From an uncultured Clostridia bacterium (GTDB taxonomy: Bacteria > CAYTYR01 > UBA6262): 64,000 bases of DNA. Made by a program: the position numbers and the translations under genes. The stretch is from positions 35,348 to 99,347 of the forward strand of contig CAYTYR010000003.1 in assembly GCA_964441745.1 (NCBI GenBank), in the 5' to 3' direction. Every line of letters starts with the position of its first letter. Positions within the stretch are counted from its first letter, which is position 1. The notes below the pieces were generated by a model. It was given only the letters and a program-made list of their open reading frames with translations, was not told the DNA's origin and searched no databases. Below are positions 9,790 to 20,543 of this stretch, piece after piece.

Positions 9790-12504
9790 ATGACTAACTC
9801 TAAATCTAATAAAAACCCAATCTGGCAGTTTACTGACGACCAGGGAACTTTTATTATGCCTAATCCGCAAGCTCTCTCGCGGCTCTATTTCCCGTTATGT
9901 AATGAACAAGGATTGATGGCGGCAATTACTCCGGACCTGCACGGCGATATTAAAACGGGACAGAATTCCTTTCTGCTGCAACCAGTCACTGAATTTGACC
10001 TGCATAATATTAAATCCAAACGTGATTTCTGGCTTTCTATTGAAGGAGACGGAGCTTTTTCCCTGGCGACACTGGGGCGGGAAGACACCCAGCTGGAAGC
10101 TGGATTCCTATACCAGAAAATAATCCGGAAAATAGCCAAGGTAAACCTGGAAACAGAGATCACCAGCTTGGTGCCTGTCTCCGGCGAACCGCTGGAATTA
10201 ATGCGGGTCACTATTAAGAATACCGGCCGCAAACAACTGGCGATCACTCCGACCTGCGCTATCCCCATCTATGGCCGGTCCGCGGAAAATTTACGCGATC
10301 ATCGTCAGGTTACTTCCTTATTACATCGTATCCTGGTCAGCCGCTCGGCTATTACCGTCACGCCCACCATGAGTTTTGATGAGCGGGGCCATACCTTAAA
10401 TAAGATCTCCTATATCGTGCAAGCCTGTACCGGCGCCGGCGGCTTACCGGTCGGGGCTTTCCCGACCGTAGAAGAATTTATCGGCGAGGGCGGAGACTTG
10501 ACTCATCCGGGCAGTATCCTGCGCCAGGTTCCCCCTACCGCCCAGAACGGCGCCACCAGGGCTGGTAAGGAAGCTATGGGCGCTCTGCAGTTTGCCCAGG
10601 CTATTCTTAAACCAGGCAAAGAGCTCTCCTATATAGTGATCATGGGTATTACCTCTGATCCCAAAGATACCAAGCGCTGGTTAAATAAATTCGGTTCGGC
10701 TGAAAAATTCTCTAAAGCTTTAACCGCCAACCAAATTTATTGGCGGGAGCGATTGGGACAGATCACCTTTAACACAGATAATGATAAATTCAATAATTGG
10801 ACTAAATGGGTCATGCTGCAGCCGATACTGCGGAAGATCTGCGGTAATTCCTTTCTGCCCGACCATGACTACGGCCGGGGCGGCAGGGGCTGGCGGGACT
10901 TATGGCAGGATTTACTGGCCTTGATCCTGATCCATCCGGGAGAAGCCAGGAGTTCCCTGATCAATAATTTCGCCGGCGTCAGGATCGATGGGTCCAATGC
11001 CACTATTATTGGCCATAAGCCTGGAGAATTCATCGCGGACCGCAATAATATTTCCAGGGTCTGGATGGATCATGGCGCCTGGCCTTACCTGACTTTAGAA
11101 TTGTACTTACATCAGACCGGGGATTTTGAAATTCTCCTGGAAGAAACTTCCTATTTCCGTGATCCGCAGCTAATGCGCGGTAAACACAAAGATCTTGACT
11201 GGACTCCCCAGCACGGCCTGCAGTTGAAAACTAAAAAAGGAGAGCTTTACTGGGGCAGTATTATTGAGCACATCCTGGTGCAGCACCTGGTACAGTTCTT
11301 TAACGTGGGAGAACATAATCATATCCGGCTGGAAGGCGCGGACTGGAATGACGGGCTGGATCTGGCCAGCGAACGCGGCGAGAGTGTAGCCTTTACCGCC
11401 TTATATGCCGGCAACATGTTGAAAATCGCTGATTTACTGGAAATTCTGGGCCAGCGCAAGCAGATCACTACCCTTTCTTTAGCGACTGAAATCCTGATCC
11501 TGCTGGATACCATCGGCGCTGCTGCCAATTATAATGTGATCAGCGAAAAACATAAAACCCTGGACCATTATTTTGCCGCTGTTACCCCAGCCCTCGGCGG
11601 CAAGAAAAAAGAAGTCCCCCTGACCGCCATCATCAAGGACCTGCGCGCTAAAGCAGAATGGCTGCGCAAACATATTAATGAAAATGAGTGGCTCACCATT
11701 AAGGGAGGAATAAATTTCTTTAATGGTTATTATAACAATGACGGCCAGCGCGTAGAAGGAGAACAGGCCAAAGGCCTGCGCATGACTTTGCCTGGACAAG
11801 TATTTCCTATTATGGGACAAGTAGCTAAAAACGAGCAAATTCCCCAGATCTTTGCGGCGATCAAGAAATATTTACAAGACAAAAACTCAGGCGGATTCCG
11901 TCTTAATACTAATTTCCATGAATTGCAGCTTAATCTCGGACGGGCTTTTTCATTTTCCTATGGCGACAAGGAAAACGGCGCTTTCTTTAATCACATGTGC
12001 ATCATGCTGGCTTATAGCCTCTATACCCGCGGCTTTGCCAGGGAGGGCTATGAAGTACTTAGTTCCATCTACCACATGGCTTCAGAAACCGCGCAAAGCA
12101 AGATCTATCCCGGGATCCCGGAATATTTTAACTCTGCCGGCCGGGGCATGTATCACTACCTGACTGGATCCGCCAGCTGGTTTATCGTGACCCTGTTGGA
12201 AGAAGTTTTTGGCGTCAAAGGATATTTTGGCGATCTCCTGCTTAATCCCAAATTCTCCTTAACCCAGATCAACGAATTAGGCCAGATCAGTGTGACCACT
12301 ACCTTTGCCGAAAGAAGAATTAAGGTGACCTATAACAATGCCCGGAACCTGGAATATAATAAATATTCTATCCAGGCCATCACTATTAATGGTGAAAAAT
12401 CAGATTTTAGGCTGATCGGCAAGGCCGCGGCCCTGATCTCCCGCCCGGCTTTGCTCAAGCGCGCTGCCAAAAAGGTTAACCTGATTGAAGTAACCCTGGA
12501 ATAG
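9790..12504 (+). CDS. large (alpha/alpha)6-type glycoside hydrolase/phosphorylase, GH94/GH65-like
   Basis: about 905 aa from ATG 9790 with AAGGAG SD at 9774-9779; EGADWNDGLD motif resembles catalytic segment of cellobiose-phosphorylase-like enzymes; family assignment from memory only. Confidence 0.5.
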   Translation: MTNSKSNKNPIWQFTDDQGTFIMPNPQALSRLYFPLCNEQGLMAAITPDLHGDIKTGQNSFLLQPVTEFDLHNIKSKRDFWLSIEGDGAFSLATLGREDTQLEAGFLYQKIIRKIAKVNLETEITSLVPVSGEPLELMRVTIKNTGRKQLAITPTCAIPIYGRSAENLRDHRQVTSLLHRILVSRSAITVTPTMSFDERGHTLNKISYIVQACTGAGGLPVGAFPTVEEFIGEGGDLTHPGSILRQVPPTAQNGATRAGKEAMGALQFAQAILKPGKELSYIVIMGITSDPKDTKRWLNKFGSAEKFSKALTANQIYWRERLGQITFNTDNDKFNNWTKWVMLQPILRKICGNSFLPDHDYGRGGRGWRDLWQDLLALILIHPGEARSSLINNFAGVRIDGSNATIIGHKPGEFIADRNNISRVWMDHGAWPYLTLELYLHQTGDFEILLEETSYFRDPQLMRGKHKDLDWTPQHGLQLKTKKGELYWGSIIEHILVQHLVQFFNVGEHNHIRLEGADWNDGLDLASERGESVAFTALYAGNMLKIADLLEILGQRKQITTLSLATEILILLDTIGAAANYNVISEKHKTLDHYFAAVTPALGGKKKEVPLTAIIKDLRAKAEWLRKHINENEWLTIKGGINFFNGYYNNDGQRVEGEQAKGLRMTLPGQVFPIMGQVAKNEQIPQIFAAIKKYLQDKNSGGFRLNTNFHELQLNLGRAFSFSYGDKENGAFFNHMCIMLAYSLYTRGFAREGYEVLSSIYHMASETAQSKIYPGIPEYFNSAGRGMYHYLTGSASWFIVTLLEEVFGVKGYFGDLLLNPKFSLTQINELGQISVTTTFAERRIKVTYNNARNLEYNKYSIQAITINGEKSDFRLIGKAAALISRPALLKRAAKKVNLIEVTLE

Positions 12505-12528
12505 CCTAAAAATACATATTAAAAATAA

Positions 12529-12563
12529 AAAGGAGCAGGATTTTCCCCTGCTCCTTTTTTATT
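12529..12563. terminator. bidirectional rho-independent terminator between convergent genes
   Basis: AGGAGCAGG-ATTTTCC-CCTGCTCCT hairpin followed by TTTTTTATT; A-run on the other side. Confidence 0.65.
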
Positions 12564-12634
12564 ATTTTACCATTTTCCACTTCCTGTCCCCCCTGCCAGT
12601 TATGCTTAGCAGAACTAGGGGGGATACCACTCTA

Positions 12635-13249
12635 TCACTGGGTGATTTGGTTTTCCGTTCTGATCTCTTTTCTTAGTTGTTTATTTTCCCGATGTTGCTC
12701 TTCCAGGTGTTCTTGTTTTTCCGTTCTTTGCTGCTGATTATAGGTTTTGATCGCTGCTACTTTCTGTTCCTGCGTCATATTCGGATCATTGGCGATCTTT
12801 TCAAAGAAAGCAACCTTGTCAGCATGTCTCTGTTCCCGGAAACTGACATTTTCCTGGTGCTGCTGCTCAAAGTTATTGATCAGTTCTGTCTTCTGGGCAT
12901 CAGTCAGTTTGTGATTATTTGCTAAGCGCTGTTGCAGGAATGCCATATTTTCTTCATGTTGTTTCTGGTTAAAAGCTTTATTTTCCTGTTTCTGCGTTTG
13001 CTTTTGCTCTTTGATCGCAGCTTTCTTCTGTTCCTTTGTTGCGCTGCCTAAACTCTCCCTTAATTCTTTATTTTCCTGGCGCTGTTCTTGCATATGCTCT
13101 TGTCTTTCAGTTCTCTGTTGCTGCCTGAATTGCCTGGTTTCCTGTCCCGTAGCTGAACCCTTGTTCAGCGCTTGCCCCTTATTTGCAGCCCCTAATATCA
13201 CCGGCAATAAAAATAACCCTGCCACCGTTAACAACATTACTTTTTTCAT
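12635..13249 (-). CDS. periplasmic Gln/Glu/Lys-rich protein with LTXXQ motifs (CpxP/Spy-like)
   Basis: 204 aa; signal peptide MKKVMLLTVAGLFLLPVILGAA; LTDAQK and MTQEQK motifs; internally repetitive. Confidence 0.4.
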   Translation of the reverse strand: MKKVMLLTVAGLFLLPVILGAANKGQALNKGSATGQETRQFRQQQRTERQEHMQEQRQENKELRESLGSATKEQKKAAIKEQKQTQKQENKAFNQKQHEENMAFLQQRLANNHKLTDAQKTELINNFEQQHQENVSFREQRHADKVAFFEKIANDPNMTQEQKVAAIKTYNQQQRTEKQEHLEEQHRENKQLRKEIRTENQITQ

Positions 13250-13323
13250 ACTGCACCTCCATTGATTTTACCTTCTACTTACATAGACGCCTGATTGACA
13301 AAAAGGATTACATCATGAAAAAC

Positions 13324-13387
13324 ACCACAAACTTTAGACCTACTTCCATACCTACCTCTACAACCTTCACCTATTACTATTGCTTCT
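13324..13387. repeat. interspersed intergenic repeat of about 64 bp, copy B
   Basis: CCACAAACTTTAGACCTACTTCCATACCTACCTCTACAACCTTCAC... matches 6729-6792; both copies sit just 3' of the stop of a minus-strand gene. Confidence 0.55.
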
Positions 13388-13390
13388 AGC

Positions 13391-14638
13391 TTATTTAGGA
13401 GCTTTCCAGTTCCTGATTATTTCTGCCAGCGTCTGATAGCTTGGTTTTTCAGAAAAATCAGCACGGATCAGGCCAAAATAATCTACGCCACTGCCAAAAT
13501 GATCCTGCGTATCGCGGAAAAACGCCCAGAATACTTTATCGATCTGCTCATCTTCAATAAAATCCGTGTAAATCTGTTTGACCCAGATCGCCTGTTGCTG
13601 TTCGTCAGGATTTTTGCCATTCCACCATTGTTTTACCGTCGAATTTTTAGGAACTCCCGGGCATCCCATTTCCGTCACCCAAATCCTTTTTTTACCATCT
13701 TTACTCCTGACCATGATCTTTTTAACCTGGGTAATGACGCTTTGCGCCGACTTCACGGGAGCAGGCCGCAGAGGAGAGATCAGGACATGGACATTGACGA
13801 TATCAAAATAATCCCGGCCGCCGTTCTTATAGATCCATTCTATTTTATAAGCCTCAGCCAACCCACCCATGAGGATCTTGCAGCTGGGGTCTTCTCTCTT
13901 GGCTGCCTGGTAGACGTCTTTCAGCAGAGAGGTATAGCGCACCAGCATATCTTGCGGCCGCCAGTAGGTCCGGGAATCAGGCTCATTCCAGACTTCCCAG
14001 TACTTTACCTTATTTTTATAACGCTTGATCACCGCGGTGGCGAAATTAACAAAGAATTTATTTTCGCGCGGTGCCGAACACCAGAGGTAATCCGGTCCTT
14101 CTGCCGCCCATCCTGAACAATAGGAAAAAATGCCTAAAACGCGGATATTATTTTCACTCAGCAGGTTAACAATGCGGTCATAGCGGCTGAAATCCCATTT
14201 ACCCTCTAATTCTTCGATATCGCTCCAGCCAAAATCCATCCGCACATAAGTGATCCCGGCTTTTTTCAGAGCCGCTGCCGCTTGATCCAGGTTTTCTCCT
14301 TTAAAGGAAAAATTGTTCCATTTATGGTCCCAGTTCAGGAAAGCCAGCGCAGCAAAAGGGTTATAACCGGTTTCCCGCCAATCATACGGTGAGGGATCGT
14401 ATTGGTTGAGGATACCGTCTTGATCATAATCAGTACTGACTGGGTCAAAGGTGATCTTGTTATCTTGCGCTGATTGTAAGATTGCTTTTAATTCATTTTC
14501 AGCGGGGATAGAAGCATCATTCCGGGCATGCCAGACTGCTGAATTTTTAGAAAAATCAGGTAATGGATACTCAACCTCGTTGAATTTGAATCCGCACAGG
14601 ACGATTAAGCTTAACAAGCAGAGCACCGATCTTGGCAT
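13391..14638 (-). CDS. secreted glycoside hydrolase, clan GH-A TIM barrel (GH5/GH39-like)
   Basis: 415 aa; signal peptide; WEVWNEPD (acid/base Glu) and VTEMG (nucleophile Glu) motifs. Confidence 0.6.
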   Translation of the reverse strand: MPRSVLCLLSLIVLCGFKFNEVEYPLPDFSKNSAVWHARNDASIPAENELKAILQSAQDNKITFDPVSTDYDQDGILNQYDPSPYDWRETGYNPFAALAFLNWDHKWNNFSFKGENLDQAAAALKKAGITYVRMDFGWSDIEELEGKWDFSRYDRIVNLLSENNIRVLGIFSYCSGWAAEGPDYLWCSAPRENKFFVNFATAVIKRYKNKVKYWEVWNEPDSRTYWRPQDMLVRYTSLLKDVYQAAKREDPSCKILMGGLAEAYKIEWIYKNGGRDYFDIVNVHVLISPLRPAPVKSAQSVITQVKKIMVRSKDGKKRIWVTEMGCPGVPKNSTVKQWWNGKNPDEQQQAIWVKQIYTDFIEDEQIDKVFWAFFRDTQDHFGSGVDYFGLIRADFSEKPSYQTLAEIIRNWKAPK

Positions 14639-14716
14639 CGTCTCTCTCCTTATAAGTGATGATATTGATCATAACTATATTACCATAAATCCTGAATTTT
14701 AAGAATACCTAAAGAT

Positions 14717-14747
14717 AAACCCTGCATTATATTATAATGCAGGGTTT
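14717..14747 (-). terminator. hairpin 3' of the RRM gene (candidate terminator)
   Basis: perfect inverted repeat AAACCCTGCATTATA / TATAATGCAGGGTTT; U-rich tract on minus strand is weak. Confidence 0.45.
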
Positions 14748-14810
14748 AGTTGTTATTATTATTTATCTCAAGCGCTTACCCTTCGACTTCGCTCAGGGTT
14801 GCTGGCGCAA

Positions 14811-15158
14811 TTACCATCTCTTCCCGCCGCCACCGCCGCCGTAGCCGCCTCTGCCGCCGCCACCGCCGTAGCCGCCTCTGCCGCCACCACCATGTCTTCC
14901 ACCGCCGCCGCCTTCAGTCTTGGGGCGAGCTTCGTTGACATTCAGGTTCCGGCCTTTCAAGTCCTTGCCGTTCAAACCGGCAATAGCTGCCGTGCCTTCT
15001 TCTTTAGTCGGCATTTCTACAAAACCAAATCCTCTTGATTCACCGCTGAATTTATCCTTGATTATGGCGGCAGTAGCTACCTGCCCATAAGCAGCAAAGG
15101 CTTGTTTGAGATCCTCTTCAGTTACATCTCTTGACAGGTTCCCTACGTAAATGTTCAT
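14811..15158 (-). CDS. RRM-type RNA-binding protein with Gly-rich tail
   Basis: 115 aa; RNP2 IYVGNL and RNP1 RGFGFVEM; C-terminal GGGGRGGYGGG tail encoded by a 30-bp tandem duplication. Confidence 0.85.
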   Translation of the reverse strand: MNIYVGNLSRDVTEEDLKQAFAAYGQVATAAIIKDKFSGESRGFGFVEMPTKEEGTAAIAGLNGKDLKGRNLNVNEARPKTEGGGGGRHGGGGRGGYGGGGGRGGYGGGGGGKRW

Positions 15159-15267
15159 TCTTACTCCTTTTCTTTCGATTTACCCCGTTAGAAAACTTTT
15201 CTAACCGGGTTTACTTGCTTATATTTTATTCTAAACCTCTAGTCTGTAAATTGCAAGCAAAATAATA

Positions 15268-17856
15268 TTATTTTTCACCGGCTCCGGCAAAAAGGACAAC
15301 CTGCTGGGAGACAATGTCAGCCATCAGCCTGGCTTTTAAAGGCTGCATATCTACAATTTTAACTATGTCCCTGTATTTTTTATATTCCGGCGCAAGCTGT
15401 TCCAGCATATTTGGCAGCTTTTTTAATAAGATGCGGTCAAAGATCACGGCCTTCTGCTCGGTATAGATAGCCAGGTAGAATATTCCGGTTTCTACCAGGT
15501 CCTGAAAGAAATGTGATCCAAAAGATATCTCCGGAACTACGTTAGCACTGACAAAAGACAGTTCTCCCAGTACCGTCATATTATTTATCTCTGAGAAAGA
15601 TACTGGTACTCCGAGAGACGGGGTGGTCGTACCCCAACGGCCCGGGCCAAGCAACATGACCGCCATCTTATCCCTATCTTCGATCTGCCGGTTGATCACT
15701 CCGATAAGCCTGGCGATATCGTATTTCTCGGTTTGGGACAGGGCATCGTACTTTTCCGGTTGTACATAGATGATCCGGTGGATATCCTGGGACGTATTGC
15801 CGCCTACAAAAGAACCCTGGACCGCGAGGATAATATTTTCTTTCTTAATATCCTTAGGGATAACAACTTTCCGGCCTATCCCTCTGCTCTGGTGGGGACG
15901 GCATTGCAGTAAATTGATCTGGAATCCGGTTTTATCCTTAAAATTGACGGTAAATTCGATATCTACCGGGTACTGGTACGCTGCTTCCAGGAGTTTCAGG
16001 ATCTGGTGCATCGTATGCACGAACGCTGTATCTTTCAACAGTTCATCAAAGGTGATCAACCAGGCTTGCCGGTCTTCCTGGCCCATTTCCCGCAAGCGGA
16101 GCAGCGCTTCTTCATCTGGTTCAGCGATATGCGCCAGGTTGAGATCCGCGTCTTCGGTCAATACTTCATTGATCGACTTGGTTTGCAGGGTATTTTCCAC
16201 TACATTGATCAGATCGATCTCATGCTGGGAAAAGCGCTGGGCATTCTTCATCCCCTGGTATGGTTTCAATAATGGGGCATCTAAGGCAACGATACGCGGA
16301 TAATCTCCTTCTACCCGGTTCACAGCCCTGGTTCCGAGCCCGAAGACCAGGCGTAACATGCCTGCCTGAGGGTCCATTTCCTTTTTCCAGATATAGGTAT
16401 TATAGGAAATGCCTACTCCGGCTACATCAGGGAAGAAATACTTCTGATGATAGGAGCCGGAAACCCGCTGTACCAGGAGAGCCATCTGCTCATCCTGCTG
16501 GTCCAGTCCCCGTTGCAAACGATAGGTTAAAGCATCCACATTCATGGTACTGGCATATACTTGCTTCACGGTATCCAGGAAATGCTTGTATCGTTCCTCA
16601 GGAGTACCCTGATTAGCGCAAAAAATACTTTCGTATTTACCGGCAAACGCGTTCCCATAGGCATCTTCCAGCAAGCTGCTGGAACGGACAATAAACGGCG
16701 ACTGGCCAAAATATTCGATCATCGAATGGAATTGCTCTTTTATTTCTTCGTTAAAATCACCGGTCAGGAATAATTCCCGTAACTGGGCCGCGGCTGGGAA
16801 ATAACCTTCCTTGGTTTTTTGCTCCATGCGTTTTTTCCACCAGCCGTTTTGGACGATATAGGTGTAAAACACGTCTGAACCGATGTAATAGGAATCATGC
16901 GGTTCCAATTTTTTTTGCCAGGTATGGTCATTATTCGCCAGGACCTTTCTGGCCAACAGCATGCCTACGGCTTTGCCGCCGATGAAACCGGTACCGATCA
17001 ACCGGGACTTGATGCTGACCAGGTCTTCGAGCCGGAAATTCTTTCTAGTTAATTCTAAAATGCGTTCATCCCTGGCCATCATGATCTTCAGCAGGCGGTC
17101 GATCATTTCTGCCTGTTCTTTTTTCCTGGTTTCAGCGCCGATCAATTCCTCAGCCCGTAAAAATAACAGGTCCCAGTAATCCAGGTTCCGCCGGGCGCTT
17201 TTCGCGCCCTGGGTCCCCAGGAAAGAAAATAGTTTAGCCACATCCACGCTGTTGGTTAAGGGCGTGAATTGCTCGCCTTTCTGGACATGCGGCAGGAACA
17301 TGGTCGGGGAATAGCGGTTCCACACCTTGATCGGATGCACAAAATATTTATCCTCGTATTTATAGACATCGATCAACAGCTGGGTGATCTCCCGGATCCT
17401 GGCTACGGTACGGAAAGAATGTTTGTTGCGGATAATGCCGAAATAGGCGATAGTATTTAAAATAAATAAATAGGGGCAGGTGATCTTAAAAAAATTGCCG
17501 ATCATCAGGTCTGTCGCCCAGGCGCTCAGGAGCTCGGAAAGGCAGTCAAAGACATAATAGACCCCTTCTCCCTCTTCCCCGATGATCTTATTAAGTTGTG
17601 TAGAAAAAGATTCAAAACCGCTATAGGCATCCAGTTTATATGTAACTATGTGTTTCCCGGCCGGGAGCAGTGGTTTATGCTTGGCAAAACGGATATAGAC
17701 CACTCTTTTATGGTCTTTGATGGCCTGCTGTACAAAAGGAGTGACAAAATGCTGGTAGTCTTCGATCGTATCTACCTGCCAGACCACATTATCGCCAAGC
17801 TGTAACCCGGTGACCAGCTTATCTAAACCCCGCAATCCAGTCGTTATCCCACTCAT
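15268..17856 (-). CDS. PEP/pyruvate-binding (PPDK_N-like) domain protein with degenerate KaiC/RecA-like N-terminus
   Basis: 862 aa; GGKAVGM and RSSSLLEDAYGNAFAGKYES resemble PEP synthase / pyruvate phosphate dikinase nucleotide-binding domain; sits 28 nt downstream of res. Confidence 0.55.
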   Translation of the reverse strand: MSGITTGLRGLDKLVTGLQLGDNVVWQVDTIEDYQHFVTPFVQQAIKDHKRVVYIRFAKHKPLLPAGKHIVTYKLDAYSGFESFSTQLNKIIGEEGEGVYYVFDCLSELLSAWATDLMIGNFFKITCPYLFILNTIAYFGIIRNKHSFRTVARIREITQLLIDVYKYEDKYFVHPIKVWNRYSPTMFLPHVQKGEQFTPLTNSVDVAKLFSFLGTQGAKSARRNLDYWDLLFLRAEELIGAETRKKEQAEMIDRLLKIMMARDERILELTRKNFRLEDLVSIKSRLIGTGFIGGKAVGMLLARKVLANNDHTWQKKLEPHDSYYIGSDVFYTYIVQNGWWKKRMEQKTKEGYFPAAAQLRELFLTGDFNEEIKEQFHSMIEYFGQSPFIVRSSSLLEDAYGNAFAGKYESIFCANQGTPEERYKHFLDTVKQVYASTMNVDALTYRLQRGLDQQDEQMALLVQRVSGSYHQKYFFPDVAGVGISYNTYIWKKEMDPQAGMLRLVFGLGTRAVNRVEGDYPRIVALDAPLLKPYQGMKNAQRFSQHEIDLINVVENTLQTKSINEVLTEDADLNLAHIAEPDEEALLRLREMGQEDRQAWLITFDELLKDTAFVHTMHQILKLLEAAYQYPVDIEFTVNFKDKTGFQINLLQCRPHQSRGIGRKVVIPKDIKKENIILAVQGSFVGGNTSQDIHRIIYVQPEKYDALSQTEKYDIARLIGVINRQIEDRDKMAVMLLGPGRWGTTTPSLGVPVSFSEINNMTVLGELSFVSANVVPEISFGSHFFQDLVETGIFYLAIYTEQKAVIFDRILLKKLPNMLEQLAPEYKKYRDIVKIVDMQPLKARLMADIVSQQVVLFAGAGEK

Positions 17857-17884
17857 TTTTACTGCTCCAACCTTATAAGTATCT

Positions 17885-20535
17885 CTACAATAAATCTTCC
17901 ACTTTAGTCACCACTTTATACTCAACATCCTTAAATTCCTTAAAATGGGCTTCCCCGCACTTGATCTTCATTCTCTCTTCCGGATATAATTCATTCATTT
18001 CCCGGGTTGATTTCGTCTCCGCCACGAAATACAGCTTCTTCTCCCCTTTAAAGATCAAGGCCCAATCGGGGTTATAACTGCCCAAGGGCGTCTTTATCTT
18101 GAACCAGGCAGGGAGTTTTATGTAGAACTCAACATTATCGTTAGTCTCGCAATCACTGGCGAACCGTTTTTCCGGTTCGCTCATTGAATCTATAGAAATA
18201 TAATTAGCTATAGTTTTATCCTGCTTTGATACTTGATAGAGATTCTTTCTATATGCCTCCACCTCATTGTCTTCGAATAATCTCATCTCATATTCAATAC
18301 CATTGATCTTTTCATATTTTATCCCATCCACAATCATTTCGGCTAAGACATTCTTTATCTCCGCTGTCGCCATATCCATGAACATTTGAGGATTTCTCAA
18401 GATATCAACCAGCCGGCCAGAGCCTTTCAATATCCGCAAGATCGTTGATCGGGTTAATTCGGTTCTCGATTGTATATATCCCAGCACATCCGGGACATCA
18501 AACAAAGGATTTTCAACCTGAGTTATTCCCACACCCTTCTGCACTCCGGTTAATCCTTCTCTGACGACCTGCATTCCCGTTTTAACATACTTAATGATCG
18601 GCTTGCGCACCGCAGGCATATTCTTTATCTCTTTGACCGACGCTTCTATAAGCTTTTCAGTATCGAAATCAATATTATAAGTTGTTTTATGTTTTATTTT
18701 GTCCCATAGCTCCTTAAACTTCTCATCAAACTGGTAATTTTTTCTTAACCGCACTTTCACCCTTTCGTTCTTATTTCTTATCCTCTCCTTGAATTCGACT
18801 CCGCAATCCTCTTCCATTTCTTTCTGTAACTCTGCAGCGAATTCCTCGTAACTTTCATTGGCAATAACCGTCAACCTGTTAGTGTTCTTATCCTGGATCC
18901 TGTCGCCTTGCTGATCCACGCAAAGCCGCAATCCCCTGCCAATTTCCTGCCTCTTTTTCATCTCGGATCTCGTCTCGTTCAGAGTGCATATCTGGAAGAC
19001 ATTGGGGCTATCCCAGCCTTCTCTTAAAGCAGAATGACTGAATATAAATCTTAGAGGATTATTAATATCGAGAAGTCGTTCTTTATCCTTCATTATCAAC
19101 CTGTATGTATCATCATCTGCCAGGGTTTCCCTGGATTCAGAAGAATCTTTAAAGATCCCTTTTTTGTCCTGCGCGAAATAGCCGTTATGAACGACTTCAG
19201 ATTGAAAAGGGATAACTCCCTGATATTCTTTTTTCCCCGCTATTTCCTTGAATATTTCTTCAAACCAGAGGGCAAATTTTCCTTTCGCAGGGTTCCCCGC
19301 CTCATCATAACTGCGGTAGTTGGCTACCCTGTCTATAAAGATAAGCGAAAGGACTTTTATTCCTTTTTCTTTATATTTTTTCTCTTTCTGGAAGTGTTCT
19401 TCCACAGTCTTCCTGATCTGGACCTTCATAACTTCATCCAGCAGGCCGCCCCTCTGCTCTCCAACCGCCAGTATCTCTCCATTGGAGAGCTCAACCTTGC
19501 CTTCCCCCACGTCTATGGCATTAATAATATATCCTTCCCGGTAAAGCTCTCTTTTATTTGATTTTTCATACAAGTCATCTCCAACCTCAACATTCACTGT
19601 TTTCCTGATTATTCCATTCTCGCCAAGGGTATCCAAGCTTATTTTTGCCAGAGTCTTTGTTTTCTTGGCCTTAATATCTTCAACCTTCAGAAAAGCCTGA
19701 TTACTGCTATTCTCGGCAAAAATTGAATCAACTTCTATCTGTTTGACTAATCCCAGATCATAAGCTTTGACAGGATTAAGGCTGTAAACAAGGTTATACA
19801 GATTTGCGTGAGTAGCAGAATAGCGGAGAGTGCAGGCAGGATTCAGATTATCTATGGCCTTTTTCCTTATTTCCGTTTCCATGTTCTGAGGTTCATCAAC
19901 AATGACTATGGGATTCGTCGCCTGTATGAATTCTATCGGTTTCTTCCCGGTTAGTTTATCATTAAACTTATTAATAACATTCACGTCCTTGGCAAATGAA
20001 TCAATATTGATGACCAATATCTGAATGTTATTGTTTAGAGCGAAATTCCTTAAAAGGGATATTTTCCCCGGATCATACACGTTGAATGTCGCCGGTTGTT
20101 TCTCATACAAAGACTGGAAATGGTCATGGGTTATCTCAAGGTTCTTAATAACTCCTTCTCTTATGGCGATGCTGGGGACTACGATTATAAACTTTTTGAA
20201 TCCATAGCGTTTATTAAGCTCATATATGGTCCGCAAATATACATAAGTCTTTCCTGTACCTGTCTCCATTTCCACTGAGAAATTAAGACCTTGCAGGTAT
20301 TCCGCTTCTTTGAGCCCATTTTTCCGCTGAATTGCCTGAAGATTTGCTAATATTTGCGCTTCTTCCAAAACTATCCCATTTCCAACACCGTTTTCAGACA
20401 GCATATAGCCGCTATTGGGAGACAAAGAAAATTCATAATCGCTCTTATTTAAAGGCTGCCCCTCGAACAGGTCAACTATGGAGTTAATAGCGTCTATCTG
20501 ATACTGCTGGTTTGGATCAAAATGGAGTTTCATTA
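17885..20535 (-). CDS. res: Type III restriction enzyme, Res subunit (helicase-nuclease)
   Basis: Walker A METGTGKTYVY, motif II VIVDEPQNM, C-terminal nuclease region; real start is ATG at 20533-20535 (MKLHFDPNQQYQ) with AAGGA SD, not the upstream in-frame start at 20668. Confidence 0.9.
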
Positions 20536-20543
20536 TTATCCTT

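Noticed and set aside
13499-14116. 205-aa plus-strand ORF
   Set aside because: Lies wholly within the glycoside hydrolase gene on the opposite strand, with no motifs.
14750-15038. Plus-strand Arg/Ala-rich ORFs (62 and 79 aa)
   Set aside because: They are the antisense reading of the Gly-codon repeat in the RRM gene; a compositional artefact.
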